Assembly: GCA_944389395.1 (NCBI GenBank)
Contig: CALXME010000004.1
Location: 1-50,603, forward strand
Reading direction: 5' to 3'
DNA: 50,603 nucleotides
Origin: an uncultured Clostridia bacterium
GTDB taxonomy: Bacteria > Bacillota > Clostridia > TANB77 > CAG-508
Shown here: piece after piece, positions 9,599 to 20,231 of the stretch
Layout of the letters: every line of letters begins with the position of its first letter
How positions within the stretch are numbered: the stretch's first letter is position 1
Notes under the pieces: generated by a model
What the model saw: only the letters and a program-made list of their open reading frames with translations
Databases searched by the model: none
Told to the model about the DNA's origin: nothing
Position numbers and translations under genes: made by a program

Positions 9599-10423
9599 TT
9601 ATTTTGAAATAAAATATTGATAAATCTGATTTTTATTAACATTTCTATCTTTTGCAATTTTCTTAATAATTTCTTTTTTTTCAAAACCTTGTTTCTCATA
9701 CATCTTATAATGTTCATCTAAAGATAACTCTTTAAATAAATTGTCTTCTAGCACAACTTTATTTTTTTCTATTATTAAAACTATTTCCCCTTTTACTCCT
9801 TCTGTTTTATCTAGTAATTCACTTATAGTACCTCTTATATATTCTTCATGAATTTTAGTAATTTCTCTTGCTAAAACCACTTGTCTATTTCCTAATATTT
9901 CTTTCAAATCTTTTAAAGTCGCATTTAATTTATGAGGAGCCTCATATAAAATAACAGTCTTATTTGCATTTTTAATTTCTAATAATTTCTCTTTTCTCAA
10001 TTTTTTATGTAATGGCAGAAATCCCAAAAAAGCAAATTCTTTTGTATCAATTCCTGATGCAATTAAGGCATTAACCATGGCACATGCACCAGGAATGGGA
10101 ATAACTTTTATACCACAATCAATACAAGCTTTAATAATCTCCTCACCTGGGTCACAAATCCCTGGAGTTCCCGCATCTGATACAAGAGCAATGTTTTGAC
10201 CTTCTTGTAATTTATGAATTAAAATATCTGTTTTAAGAGCTTCGTTATGCCTATGATAACTAATTAATGGCTTAGAAATTTTTAAATGATTTAATAATTT
10301 TAAAGTATGTCTTGTATCTTCTGCCGAAATTAAATCTACTTCTTTTAAAACTCTAATAGCTCTTAATGTAATATCTTCTAAATTTCCAATAGGAGTTGCT
10401 ACAATATATAATTTTCCTAACAT
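9599..10423 (-). CDS. rsmI: 16S rRNA (cytidine1402-2'-O)-methyltransferase
   Basis: Motifs LYIVATPIGNLEDITLRA, AEDTR, VSDAGTPGICDPG, YEAPH and AREITKIHEE. Confidence 0.96.
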   Translation of the reverse strand: MLGKLYIVATPIGNLEDITLRAIRVLKEVDLISAEDTRHTLKLLNHLKISKPLISYHRHNEALKTDILIHKLQEGQNIALVSDAGTPGICDPGEEIIKACIDCGIKVIPIPGACAMVNALIASGIDTKEFAFLGFLPLHKKLRKEKLLEIKNANKTVILYEAPHKLNATLKDLKEILGNRQVVLAREITKIHEEYIRGTISELLDKTEGVKGEIVLIIEKNKVVLEDNLFKELSLDEHYKMYEKQGFEKKEIIKKIAKDRNVNKNQIYQYFISK

Positions 10424-10445
10424 AACTTTGCTTCCTTTCTTTTTT

Positions 10446-11195
10446 CTATTGAGCTGATTGATAAATCTCTTTTATCTCTTTTGTATATTTACCATTTTCA
10501 TCATATATATATAAATTTTTTTCTACCTTTAAAAAAGGTCTAGCATTTTTTATTCCTTTTATTAAAAACAAATTAGGCTCTTTGTTTTGTTTAGGATATA
10601 CAAATCTAATATTTTTAGGCTCTATATTATATTTTCTCATACAATACAATATATCTACTAACCTATCTGGTCTATGTACCATATAGAATTCGCCTTTATC
10701 TTTTAAAATTTCCTTAGAAATTTTAATAAAATCTTCTAAAGTTGCCATTACTTCATGACGAGAAATTAATTTTTTTTCTTTCATATTTTTAATCCCTGAG
10801 TCTTTTTTCTGATAAGGCGGATTTGTAACAATAACATCAAAACTATTTTTTTCTAAATAATTAAAAATATTATTAATATTATCATTTATAATTTCAAATC
10901 TATCTTCTAATTTATTCAATTTTATACTTCTATTAGCCATATTAGCTACTTCTGTTTGGATTTCTACTCCTATCACTTTAGACAATTGTGTCTTTCCACA
11001 AAGCAAAATCCCTATAATGCCTGTCCCTGTTCCTAAATCTAAAACTTTTGCATTCTTTTTTATGTTTTTCGCAAAATCTGATAACAAAACAGAATCTATT
11101 CCAAAACAAAAACCTTCATCATCTTGTATTATTTTTAAATTTTTTAACCCCAAGTCATCAATTCTTTCTTTTTCTTTTATGTATTTTTCATTCAT
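10446..11195 (-). CDS. tRNA1(Val) A37 N6-methyltransferase-like (YabB/TrmN6 family)
   Basis: Motifs FCFGIDSVLL, LDLGTGTG, NPPY, SRHE and VHRPDRL. Confidence 0.9.
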   Translation of the reverse strand: MNEKYIKEKERIDDLGLKNLKIIQDDEGFCFGIDSVLLSDFAKNIKKNAKVLDLGTGTGIIGILLCGKTQLSKVIGVEIQTEVANMANRSIKLNKLEDRFEIINDNINNIFNYLEKNSFDVIVTNPPYQKKDSGIKNMKEKKLISRHEVMATLEDFIKISKEILKDKGEFYMVHRPDRLVDILYCMRKYNIEPKNIRFVYPKQNKEPNLFLIKGIKNARPFLKVEKNLYIYDENGKYTKEIKEIYQSAQ

Positions 11196-11309
11196 TTCAT
11201 TATTCCTCTATAAATTAATTTACATTTTTAAAATGCTTGAACGCATTTATTTTTCTAGCATATTATATAATAAATATTAATTTTTGTAAAATATGAGGTG
11301 TTCTAAAAA

Positions 11310-11486
11310 ATGGAAAATCAATATATGAAACATAACCAAAATGTTGAAAACTATCCGCTTAAAAAGAAAATCGATTTTAAGTGTTATCCTAAAAATACCA
11401 TTAAATCTTTGATAGAAGTTGAACATTTTTTAAATAATTTTCATTATTATTTTAAATATTTTAAATTATATAAACTATTAAAATAA
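11310..11486 (+). CDS. Small hypothetical protein, 58 aa (not in the ORF track)
   Basis: GAGGTG RBS 9 nt before ATG 11310. Translates MENQYMKHNQNVENYPLKKKIDFKCYPKNTIKSLIEVEHFLNNFHYYFKYFKLYKLLK*. Followed by a hairpin. Confidence 0.65.
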   Translation: MENQYMKHNQNVENYPLKKKIDFKCYPKNTIKSLIEVEHFLNNFHYYFKYFKLYKLLK

Positions 11487-11488
11487 TC

Positions 11489-11566
11489 AAAAAATATGTG
11501 TAGCCGAAACTACACATATACTATAAAAGTCTGATCGAAAATTAAAATCAAACACATTTTATAGTA
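11489..11566 (-). ncRNA. Candidate ~80-nt small RNA
   Basis: Minus-strand TTGACA-17-(TG)TAATAT promoter (11600-11572), a 5' hairpin TACTATAAAA...TTTTATAGTA, then a terminator hairpin with a U run. No ORF. Confidence 0.45.
11494..11519. terminator. Intrinsic terminator hairpin
   Basis: atatgtgtag-ccgaaa-ctacacatat, with the T run on the minus strand. Confidence 0.75.
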
Positions 11567-11664
11567 AACACATATTAACACAATTTATTCCTTTTGTCAA
11601 ACTAAGAATTAGTTCTTTAAATACATTTTTATGTAAAAAATACGATTTATGATAATCATTAGTG

Positions 11665-12222
11665 TTACTTATTTCTTTTATAAATATCAGTAAATTCTTC
11701 ACTTGTTTGTCCTTCTATCATGAATTTAACACCATTTACTTCTGTCAATTCCGTCAAAGTATTTACAATACTATATATCATATTTTCTTTTTGCTTACTA
11801 TCTTCTTTTGAATAATTTAAGAACTCTTTTGATAAATCTAAAATCAAACAATCTCCTTCTGTATAACTCCTTAAAACTTTTGTACCTTCTGGAATAATTT
11901 TAACAGCTTTTTCATTTTTAGGTCCTTCTATTAATAGATTAATCAATTTTTCATAAGGGTTATTCATAATTTCTTTAATATCTACTAATCTTGCTTCTGG
12001 CATTAATTCCCCATTTTCTTTGTCAGGAAAATATAAACTAACAATTGTCTGTCTAAGTTGTTCTTCTGTTATCTCTTCTTCAGGAACATATTCTTGATTA
12101 GATTCTTGAGTTTCTTTTTCTTTAACATATCGAATTCCAAAATAGCCAGCTATCAATATTATTACTAATAAAATTGAAAAAATGCAAATTATTTTTTTAT
12201 TTTTCATCTTATTCCTCCTCAT
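11665..12222 (-). CDS. GerMN-domain (sporulation/germination) membrane-anchored protein
   Basis: N-terminal TM helix, then LYF...L.PE.R, L.EGP, IPEGTK, DLSKEF and IYSIVNTLTEL..V..V.F.IEG. Confidence 0.88.
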   Translation of the reverse strand: MRRNKMKNKKIICIFSILLVIILIAGYFGIRYVKEKETQESNQEYVPEEEITEEQLRQTIVSLYFPDKENGELMPEARLVDIKEIMNNPYEKLINLLIEGPKNEKAVKIIPEGTKVLRSYTEGDCLILDLSKEFLNYSKEDSKQKENMIYSIVNTLTELTEVNGVKFMIEGQTSEEFTDIYKRNK

Positions 12223-12391
12223 TCTTTTTTACATTCTATTATTTGTTTGTCCTTTTTAGAACTAAAATTAGTCAAAGTAAACATTTATTTCGTTTTCTTC
12301 CCATTATTTACCATTTGACAAAATGCTCTTTTCCGTATACAATTAGGGTGATTAGATATAAAATTTTATGAACAAAAAAGGAGTTCTTGTC

Positions 12392-15300
12392 ATGGAAAAA
12401 ATATTACATGTTGGATTAGATGTTGGTTCAACAACCGTAAAAATAATTGTAATGGATGAAAATAAAAACACAATATATAAAGATTATAAAAGACACTTTT
12501 CAGATACAAAAAATACAGTTTGTCATGTATTAGAAGAGCTTTTATTAAAATACCCTTTAAATAAATTCACATTAGCTTTAACTGGTTCTGGTGCAATGTC
12601 TGCAGCAAAATTCTTAGGGGTAAACTTTATTCAAGAAGTTGTTTCTTGTAAACGTGCTGTTGAAAAATACATACCAAAAACAGATGTAGTAATTGAATTA
12701 GGTGGAGAAGATGCTAAAATCATTTACTTTGACCAATCTATTGAACAACGTATGAATGGTACTTGTGCAGGTGGAACAGGAGCGTTTTTAGACCAAATGG
12801 CTTCTCTTTTACATACAGATACTGCAGGATTAAATGAACTTGCAAAAGGATATCAAACAATTTATCCTATAGCTTCACGTTGTGGAGTTTTTGCAAAAAC
12901 TGATATTCAACCTTTAATTAATGAAGGAGCAGCAAAAGAAGATATAGCTGCTTCAATTTTCCAAGCTGTTGTAAATCAAACAATTAGTGGTTTAGCCTGT
13001 GGTAGACCTATCCGTGGAAATGTTGCGTTTCTAGGTGGTCCTTTAAATTATTTGTCAGAATTAAGAACTAGATTTATCGAAACTCTACAATTAACACCTG
13101 ATGAAGTCATTGTTCCAGAAGAAGCTCATTTATTAGTTGCCAAAGGTGCTGCTTTAGACTCTATAAATTCAGAAATAATCACAACAGATGAATTAGAAAA
13201 GAAAATAGAAAATCTAAGAAATTCGCAAGATAATACAACTCAACCTTTAGAACCACTTTTTAAAAGCAAAGAAGATTACGAAAGTTTTAAGGAAAGACAT
13301 GATAAAGACAAAGTAGAAAAAGCAGATTTAGCAAGTTATGAAGGAAATTGTTATTTAGGAATTGATGCTGGTTCTACCACAACAAAATTAGTATTAATCG
13401 ACCAAGATGGCAAATTACTTTATTCTTTATATGGAAGTAATGAAGGAAATCCATTAAAAAGCGTTATGAATATGTTAAAAGAACTATATAGTGTATTACC
13501 TCCAAAAGCCATCTTACGATATAGTGGTGTTACAGGATATGGTGAAAAACTAATCCAAACAGCTTTAAATGTAGATTTAAATGAAATTGAAACAATTGCC
13601 CACTATACAGCAGCTAAAACATTTGAACCAGATGTTACTAGCATTGTAGATATTGGTGGTCAAGACATGAAATATATTAGAATGAAAAATGGTTCTATTG
13701 ATAATATCATGCTAAATGAAGCTTGTTCATCTGGATGTGGTTCATTTATTGAAACTTTTGCAAAAAGCTTAAACTTAGAAATTTCAGAATTTGTAAAAGA
13801 AGCTATTTCTGCTAAAAGACCTGTCGATTTAGGTTCTAGATGTACTGTTTTTATGAACTCTAAAATTAAACAAGCTCAAAAAGAAGGATATAGTGTAGGA
13901 GATATATCTAGTGGTCTTTCTTATTCTGTTATTAAAAATGCTATACAAAAGGTAATGAAAGTAAGAGATGTAGAAACACTTGGAAAACATATTGTAGTAC
14001 AAGGTGGTACTTTTTATAATGATGCTGTTCTTCGTGCTTTTGAATTAATTGTTGGAAAAAATGTAGTAAGACCAGATATTGCAGGTCTTATGGGAGCTTA
14101 TGGTATGGCATTATTATCAAAAGAACAATATGAAGCAAACTTAGATATGGAATATACTTCTACCATATTAAAGGCTAATGAATTAGATAATCTACAAATA
14201 AAAGTAACACATACTCGTTGTAATAACTGTGAAAATCATTGTAAGTTAACTATCAACAAATTTAGCAATGGTCAAATTCATGTGTCTGGAAATCGTTGCG
14301 AAAAAGGTGCAGGAATTATAACAAAAGGAAAAAAATTACCAAATCTAGTACAATATAAATATGAAAGATTATTTGATTATAAACCATTAGAGGAACAATT
14401 TGCTACAAGAGGAACAATTGGAATTCCTAGAGTATTAAATATGTATGAAGATTATCCTTTCTGGTTTACCTTTTTAACAACATTAGGTTTTAGAGTTGTT
14501 TTATCAGAAAAAAGCACTCGTAAAACTTATGAAAAGGGAATGGAATCTATGCCATCAGAATCTGTTTGCTATCCTGCAAAACTTTCTCATGGTCATATTG
14601 AAAGTTTATTAGAACAAGGAATAAAAACTATTTTTTACCCATGTATGCCATATTCTAGAAAAGAATATGAAAAGGCAGACAACCATTATAACTGCCCTAT
14701 AGTAATTTCTTATTCTGAGGTATTAAAAAATAATGTAGAAGGACTAAAAGACCCAAATATCAAATTTATCAATCCATTTCTACCATTTGACAAAAAGAAT
14801 TTAGTCCAAAAAGTATTAGAATTAGATGAATTTAAAGAATATAATTTCACAAAAGCAGAGTTAATGGAAGCAGCAGAAAAAGCAGAAAAAGAATATCAAA
14901 AATTTAAAAAAGATATTAGAGATAAAGGTTTAGAAACTGTACGTTATATGGAAGAAAACAATTTAAAAGGTATTGTTTTAGCAGGAAGACCTTATCATAT
15001 AGATCCAGAAATTAATCATGGAATTGATACATTAATTACATCTTTAGGACTATGTGTATTAACAGAAGATAGTATTTCAGATAAAACAGAAGCCAAAAGA
15101 CCATTAAGAGTTGTTGACCAATGGGTATTTCATGCAAGATTATATGCAGCAGCAGATTTTGTTGGTAAACATGATTGTTTAGAATTAATCCAACTAAATT
15201 CATTTGGTTGTGGTGTAGATGCTGTTACAACAGACCAAGTAGAAGAAATACTATCTAGTTATGATAAAATGTATACACTAATTAAAATAGATGAAGTAAA

Positions 15301-16714
15301 TAACTTAGGAGCTGTTAGAATTCGTATTCGTTCCTTAATTGCTAGTATGAAAAAACGTGAACAAGAAAAAAAACAAGAAAAAGCAGATGGTGATTATGGT
15401 ATACACAAAAATATATTTACAAAAGAAATGAGAAAAGATTATACTATTTTAATACCACAAATGGCACCTATTCATTTTGAATTAATTGAAACTGCTGTTG
15501 CATCTTGTGGATATAAAGTAAAACTATTAAGAGAATGTACACCAAAAACAGTAGAAACAGGACTAAAATATGTCAATAATGATGCTTGCTATCCTTCTAT
15601 ATTAGTTACAGGACAAATGATAGAAGCTCTTCAATCAGGTGAATATGATTTAAATAAAACTGCATTAATAATGTCCCAAACAGGTGGAGGGTGTCGTGCA
15701 ACTAACTATATTGGATTTATAAGAAAAGCTTTAAAAGATGCTGGACTTGGGCATATACCTGTAATCTCATTTAATATTGTAGGTATGGAAAAAATGCCTG
15801 GATTTAAATTAACAGTACCTTTAGTTGAAAAATTATTGAAATGTGTTGTTTATGGGGACTTACTTCAAAAAATGCTTACAAAAAATAGAGCTTATGAAGT
15901 AAACAAAGGAGAAACTCAAAAATTATATGAAAAATGGATGGAAAAATGTAAAAAATTATTAATTAAATCAACAAATAAAGAATTTAAACAAAGTATTTAT
16001 GATATAGTTAATGATTTTGAAAAAATAGAACTAGACACATCTAAAGAAAAACCAAAAGTTGGAATTGTAGGCGAAGTATTAATCAAATATCATCCATTTG
16101 GAAACAATTTTGTAGCAGAACTTCTAGAACAAGAAGGTGCAGAAGTTATCTTGCCAGATTTTATGGGATTTGCAAAATTTATGTGTACTCATAAAATTAC
16201 TTTTAATAATTTATTAAATACAAATAAAACATCTTCTAAAATTATGAAAGTTGCAATCAAATTAATAGACATTTTAGAAAAAGATACAAAAATTGCTTTA
16301 GCAAACTCTAAAAAAGATTACTTACCACCTTGTGATATATGGCACTTAGAAGATAAAGTAAAAGATATTTTATCTATTGGTAATCAAACAGGTGAAGGAT
16401 GGTTTTTAACCGCTGAAATGATTGAATATATTGAACATGGAATTCCAAATATTGTTTGTGTACAACCTTTTGCATGTTTACCAAATCATGTTGTTGGAAA
16501 AGGAGTTATAAAAACAATTAGGGAAAAATATCCTGAAGCAAATATTTCTCCTGTTGATTATGATCCAGGTGCTAGTGAAGCAAATCAAGCTAATAGAATT
16601 AAATTACTTATGACTGTTGCAAAAGATAATTTAAAAGCAAAAGAAAATAGTAAAAAAGCACTTGATAAAGAAAATTTAAAATCTGTTCCAGATTGCAATG
16701 CTAAAATATTATAA
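12392..16714 (+). CDS. 2-hydroxyacyl-CoA dehydratase activator-type fusion (two BcrAD/BadFG ATPase domains + DUF2229-type region)
   Basis: Motifs GLDVGSTT / GIDAGSTT, MNGTCAGGTG, MLNEACSSGCG, RCGVF/RCTVF and QPFACLPNH. Start taken at the ATG after AAGGAG. Confidence 0.9.
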   Translation: MEKILHVGLDVGSTTVKIIVMDENKNTIYKDYKRHFSDTKNTVCHVLEELLLKYPLNKFTLALTGSGAMSAAKFLGVNFIQEVVSCKRAVEKYIPKTDVVIELGGEDAKIIYFDQSIEQRMNGTCAGGTGAFLDQMASLLHTDTAGLNELAKGYQTIYPIASRCGVFAKTDIQPLINEGAAKEDIAASIFQAVVNQTISGLACGRPIRGNVAFLGGPLNYLSELRTRFIETLQLTPDEVIVPEEAHLLVAKGAALDSINSEIITTDELEKKIENLRNSQDNTTQPLEPLFKSKEDYESFKERHDKDKVEKADLASYEGNCYLGIDAGSTTTKLVLIDQDGKLLYSLYGSNEGNPLKSVMNMLKELYSVLPPKAILRYSGVTGYGEKLIQTALNVDLNEIETIAHYTAAKTFEPDVTSIVDIGGQDMKYIRMKNGSIDNIMLNEACSSGCGSFIETFAKSLNLEISEFVKEAISAKRPVDLGSRCTVFMNSKIKQAQKEGYSVGDISSGLSYSVIKNAIQKVMKVRDVETLGKHIVVQGGTFYNDAVLRAFELIVGKNVVRPDIAGLMGAYGMALLSKEQYEANLDMEYTSTILKANELDNLQIKVTHTRCNNCENHCKLTINKFSNGQIHVSGNRCEKGAGIITKGKKLPNLVQYKYERLFDYKPLEEQFATRGTIGIPRVLNMYEDYPFWFTFLTTLGFRVVLSEKSTRKTYEKGMESMPSESVCYPAKLSHGHIESLLEQGIKTIFYPCMPYSRKEYEKADNHYNCPIVISYSEVLKNNVEGLKDPNIKFINPFLPFDKKNLVQKVLELDEFKEYNFTKAELMEAAEKAEKEYQKFKKDIRDKGLETVRYMEENNLKGIVLAGRPYHIDPEINHGIDTLITSLGLCVLTEDSISDKTEAKRPLRVVDQWVFHARLYAAADFVGKHDCLELIQLNSFGCGVDAVTTDQVEEILSSYDKMYTLIKIDEVNNLGAVRIRIRSLIASMKKREQEKKQEKADGDYGIHKNIFTKEMRKDYTILIPQMAPIHFELIETAVASCGYKVKLLRECTPKTVETGLKYVNNDACYPSILVTGQMIEALQSGEYDLNKTALIMSQTGGGCRATNYIGFIRKALKDAGLGHIPVISFNIVGMEKMPGFKLTVPLVEKLLKCVVYGDLLQKMLTKNRAYEVNKGETQKLYEKWMEKCKKLLIKSTNKEFKQSIYDIVNDFEKIELDTSKEKPKVGIVGEVLIKYHPFGNNFVAELLEQEGAEVILPDFMGFAKFMCTHKITFNNLLNTNKTSSKIMKVAIKLIDILEKDTKIALANSKKDYLPPCDIWHLEDKVKDILSIGNQTGEGWFLTAEMIEYIEHGIPNIVCVQPFACLPNHVVGKGVIKTIREKYPEANISPVDYDPGASEANQANRIKLLMTVAKDNLKAKENSKKALDKENLKSVPDCNAKIL

Positions 16715-16753
16715 TAATAACATAACCCAATAACCTTATTATCTAAGACGAAC

Positions 16754-16785
16754 AAAAAATCCAACTCTTTCGAGCTGGATTTTTT
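16754..16785. terminator. Bidirectional intrinsic terminator
   Basis: aaaaaatccaactc-tttc-gagctggatttttt between convergent genes. Confidence 0.8.
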
Positions 16786-16833
16786 GATTTATTATCTCAA
16801 AGTTAGTTTTTAAAATTCAAGAATAATTTTCAA

Positions 16834-19800
16834 TTATTTTATTTCCCAATCTGGATGTTTTTGTTGTACAGATTCACTTTTTGTAAAAGCAATATGTCTT
16901 TGTAATTTTAATACATCTGTAATATCAACTCTACCATTTCCATCTATATCCATAACTGTATAAGCTTCTCCTTGTACTAACCAATCTTGATGTTTTATTC
17001 TAATATCACTACTTGCACAAGCTGCTACATGTCTTAACATTGAAATTAAATCTGATGAATCTATTTGTCCATCTCCTGTAACATCTCCTAAAAGTATATC
17101 TTCCTCATCATTTATTTCTATTACAGTTAAATTTGTAGAAACTGATTTTCCATTTTCTGTAGTAGCTGTAATAACTGTTGTTCCTACTGCTTTTATTGTA
17201 ACTATTCCGTTTAAATTTACAGTTGCAACTTCTTCATTACTGCTTTCAAATGTGATTCCCATATTAGCATTACAATTACTTGGTATTAATCTTGTTTGCA
17301 TTTGTAATGTAGGTACTCTACCTAATATAACAGTAGGATTAATTGTTAAGAATTCAATTCCTGTTGGTTCGATTTCTTTTGGGTCACTGTCTATTACTGT
17401 TACTTTACATGTTGCTTTTGTTCCATCTTGTGCTTTAACAGTTATTGTTGCTTCTCCTTTTCCAACAGCTGTTACATTTCCAGTTTTATTATCAACTGTT
17501 GCCACTTTTGTATCACTACTTGTCCATGTAAGAGGCATATCAGATGGTATTACACTTGCTCTTAATCTTTCTTCTTTTACACCACTTAAATCTAATTCTA
17601 TTTCTTCTTTATTTAAAGTAAGTTTTGTTTCTCCTTTTGTTGTGTCTTTTACTGTTACTTTACATGTTGCTTTTGTTCCATCTGGTGCAGTTGCTGTTAT
17701 TGTTGTTTCACCCATTGCAACTGCTGTTACTTTTCCAGTTTTAGAATCTACAGTAGCAACTTTATCATCTTCAACACTCCATGTTATTTCTATTCCATCT
17801 GGAGTAGTTGTTGCACTAAGTGTTTCTTCTTTTGTTCCATTTAAATCTAATACTAATTCTGTTTTATTTAATTTGATTATTGCTAAATCTGCATTTGCTG
17901 TTACATTATTTCCTGTTAAATCTACTCCTGCTGTTAATACTGTTCCATTTCCTACACTATCATAAATGTTTTGACTACCATCAAATGCTTGACTAGGGTT
18001 TACTTTTAAATTTCCTCTATCATCTTCTTGAATAATATATCTATAAATCAAATATTGTCCATTTGAATCTATTGTTTTTATTTGAGGATTTTTAATTTCT
18101 CCATCGCCAAAACTAATATTTAATTTTGGAGCTGTTTTTGTAAGTATTGGCACCCCTGTATTATTTGAGTATACTCTTTCACTAAATGTTACTTTTATTT
18201 CGACTTCTTCTCCTACTTTATATGAACCTTCTTGAGAAATTACTTCTATAGCTTGTACAGTTGGTGATATTGTATCTGCTACCACAGTAGGAGTAGTCCC
18301 CATTTCTTCTATTTTGGTTAATAATAACATTTTACCATCTTCATCAAATACTGTACCTTTAAAGTTATCTCCTTGTCCTAAAGCTAATTCTCCATTATCT
18401 CCATCTGTAATTTTATATGTATAAACTAAATTTCCTCCACTTACAGATTCAAATGTTGCTTCTTTATTTGCTGTGTTTGAATTGTTTTCATCAACAAAAC
18501 TTATATATAATTTTGGAGCATTTACTTTTGTAATATCTTCTTTAGTTGTAGAAGCATATATATTTTTACTAAATGATACTTTTAATTTTATTTCTTGACC
18601 TATTCCATAAGTACCACTCTTAAGTGGTGATGTTACTGCCAAAGATTTTACTTCTAATGGTATTGTAACTTCTGGATCATCTGGGTCATCATCATTATCA
18701 TCTCCTCCAGGATTATCTCCTCCTCCTGGGTTGTCGTCATCATCATCTCCTGAATCTCCACCTCCTGGTGTGGTTCCTCCGCCACCACCAGAACCACCTG
18801 AGCCATCGTCGTCAACTCCTGGAACTGTTTCTCCAGATGTATCAGGAGTCCAAAATTCATCTATTAGACCATCTATTTCTGAATATATATCTGGTTTATC
18901 ATTATCACTAGCTCCATTAAATTGCCATACTAAAATATCTCTAAAAAGATTTGCTGGTACATTTTCACGTTCTACAAATTCACCATCTAATACTTCTCCT
19001 GTATATACCTGTGCTAATAATTTTTCAATTACTTTATTAACATCATCTTCATCCATATTACTTATATTAACACCACTTACATTTAATGCTTTTTTTGCCA
19101 TACACACCCAGAAATTAGTATAATTATCATAAACATCATCCGGTTCTTGTCTTTCTAAAAGTCCTCCTCTATAAGCACTTCTAATCCATTTATTACGAGC
19201 TGTTATCCATTTCATCCATGATTGATATTTTTCCCAATTTTCGTTTATATATGTATATCTTACATACACTCTATCAAATTGCTTTAAAGCATTCATTAGT
19301 TCATCTGTCCAATAATAATCATCAGGTTTACCATCATTTACCCATTCTTCATAATCCTCTCTTAGTTCTTCAGCACTTAAAGTAGGAAAACCATCATAAT
19401 ATTCTTCTATGTTTGGTTCTTTTGGATTTCCATCTTCATCTAATGGATAATTTTTAAAATCGTCTAAAGTAGTGTTTCCACTATTACCATTATAACCTTG
19501 ATATGGCTTTGGTCTTTCAGGTTTTTCATTAATATCTATATTCTTAGCTAAGCAATACATTCCTTCTAAACCTATAAATACCTTCTTACCAGCTTCTTCC
19601 CATAAAAATTCATGGTCATCTTCAATATTTCCAAAATCTCCTCCTTCCATACCCATTCTTTTAGTAAAACCAAATCCTAATCTATCTAAAAGAGTTTCTA
19701 CTTGTTTTGCTACCTCTTTACTAACAGTTGGTATTGTAGATGGAGTTTGTGATTCTCCCCAATCTTCGTCATCATCCTCTTCTTTTTTATCTTCCAAAGC

Positions 19801-19983
19801 ACGTTGTAAAACAGGACCTGAAACCAAATGTTGTGCAACTTTTAATACATCATTATTAGCACTTCTCAAAAAAGTACATCCACAAATACTTGCAATTGCT
19901 AAAACTGCAACTGTCGACGTACCTATAATAATTCCTTTTTTAGATTTCTTTTTTTGGTTTGGTTCAATTTTATCTAATTTCAT
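16834..19983 (-). CDS. Large surface/secreted protein: acidic N-domain, G/D/P linker, two Ig-like repeats, three Big_2-like domains, C-terminal dockerin-like domain
   Basis: N-terminal TM/signal. Repeats W.SSD.KVATVD..TG.VTAV..G.ATIT....DGTKATCKVTV. Paired GDVTGDGQIDSSD and DIDGNGRVDITD Ca-loops. Confidence 0.8.
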   Translation of the reverse strand: MKLDKIEPNQKKKSKKGIIIGTSTVAVLAIASICGCTFLRSANNDVLKVAQHLVSGPVLQRALEDKKEEDDDEDWGESQTPSTIPTVSKEVAKQVETLLDRLGFGFTKRMGMEGGDFGNIEDDHEFLWEEAGKKVFIGLEGMYCLAKNIDINEKPERPKPYQGYNGNSGNTTLDDFKNYPLDEDGNPKEPNIEEYYDGFPTLSAEELREDYEEWVNDGKPDDYYWTDELMNALKQFDRVYVRYTYINENWEKYQSWMKWITARNKWIRSAYRGGLLERQEPDDVYDNYTNFWVCMAKKALNVSGVNISNMDEDDVNKVIEKLLAQVYTGEVLDGEFVERENVPANLFRDILVWQFNGASDNDKPDIYSEIDGLIDEFWTPDTSGETVPGVDDDGSGGSGGGGGTTPGGGDSGDDDDDNPGGGDNPGGDDNDDDPDDPEVTIPLEVKSLAVTSPLKSGTYGIGQEIKLKVSFSKNIYASTTKEDITKVNAPKLYISFVDENNSNTANKEATFESVSGGNLVYTYKITDGDNGELALGQGDNFKGTVFDEDGKMLLLTKIEEMGTTPTVVADTISPTVQAIEVISQEGSYKVGEEVEIKVTFSERVYSNNTGVPILTKTAPKLNISFGDGEIKNPQIKTIDSNGQYLIYRYIIQEDDRGNLKVNPSQAFDGSQNIYDSVGNGTVLTAGVDLTGNNVTANADLAIIKLNKTELVLDLNGTKEETLSATTTPDGIEITWSVEDDKVATVDSKTGKVTAVAMGETTITATAPDGTKATCKVTVKDTTKGETKLTLNKEEIELDLSGVKEERLRASVIPSDMPLTWTSSDTKVATVDNKTGNVTAVGKGEATITVKAQDGTKATCKVTVIDSDPKEIEPTGIEFLTINPTVILGRVPTLQMQTRLIPSNCNANMGITFESSNEEVATVNLNGIVTIKAVGTTVITATTENGKSVSTNLTVIEINDEEDILLGDVTGDGQIDSSDLISMLRHVAACASSDIRIKHQDWLVQGEAYTVMDIDGNGRVDITDVLKLQRHIAFTKSESVQQKHPDWEIK

Positions 19984-20198
19984 AACCTCACTCCCTTTAT
20001 CTCCTTAACATAAAATAATTACCTATCTTTATTTTACCACGTTTTAGTTAATTTGTAAATGCCACTATTGCTAAAATTCCTTAGAACCACGCTAAATTTC
20101 AGTTCTTCCCTTAGGGAAACCGCATTCTTTATTTTGAATTTTTTTATATTAAATTTATATGACAAATAAAATGTTTTTTTATTATTTTGGGTAAAAAA

Positions 20199-20221
20199 AC
20201 GGATGTATCTAATACACCCGT
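20199..20221 (-). terminator. Possible terminator after the T4SS-like operon
   Basis: acggatgtat-cta-atacacccgt preceded by an A run on the + strand. Confidence 0.5.
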
Positions 20222-20231
20222 AGTCTTTATA

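Noticed and set aside
17252..19123. Plus-strand ORFs of 237 aa and 130 aa
   Set aside because: Antisense shadows of the repetitive 1049-aa gene, with no RBS or family motifs. The same applies to the other short antisense ORFs in the track.
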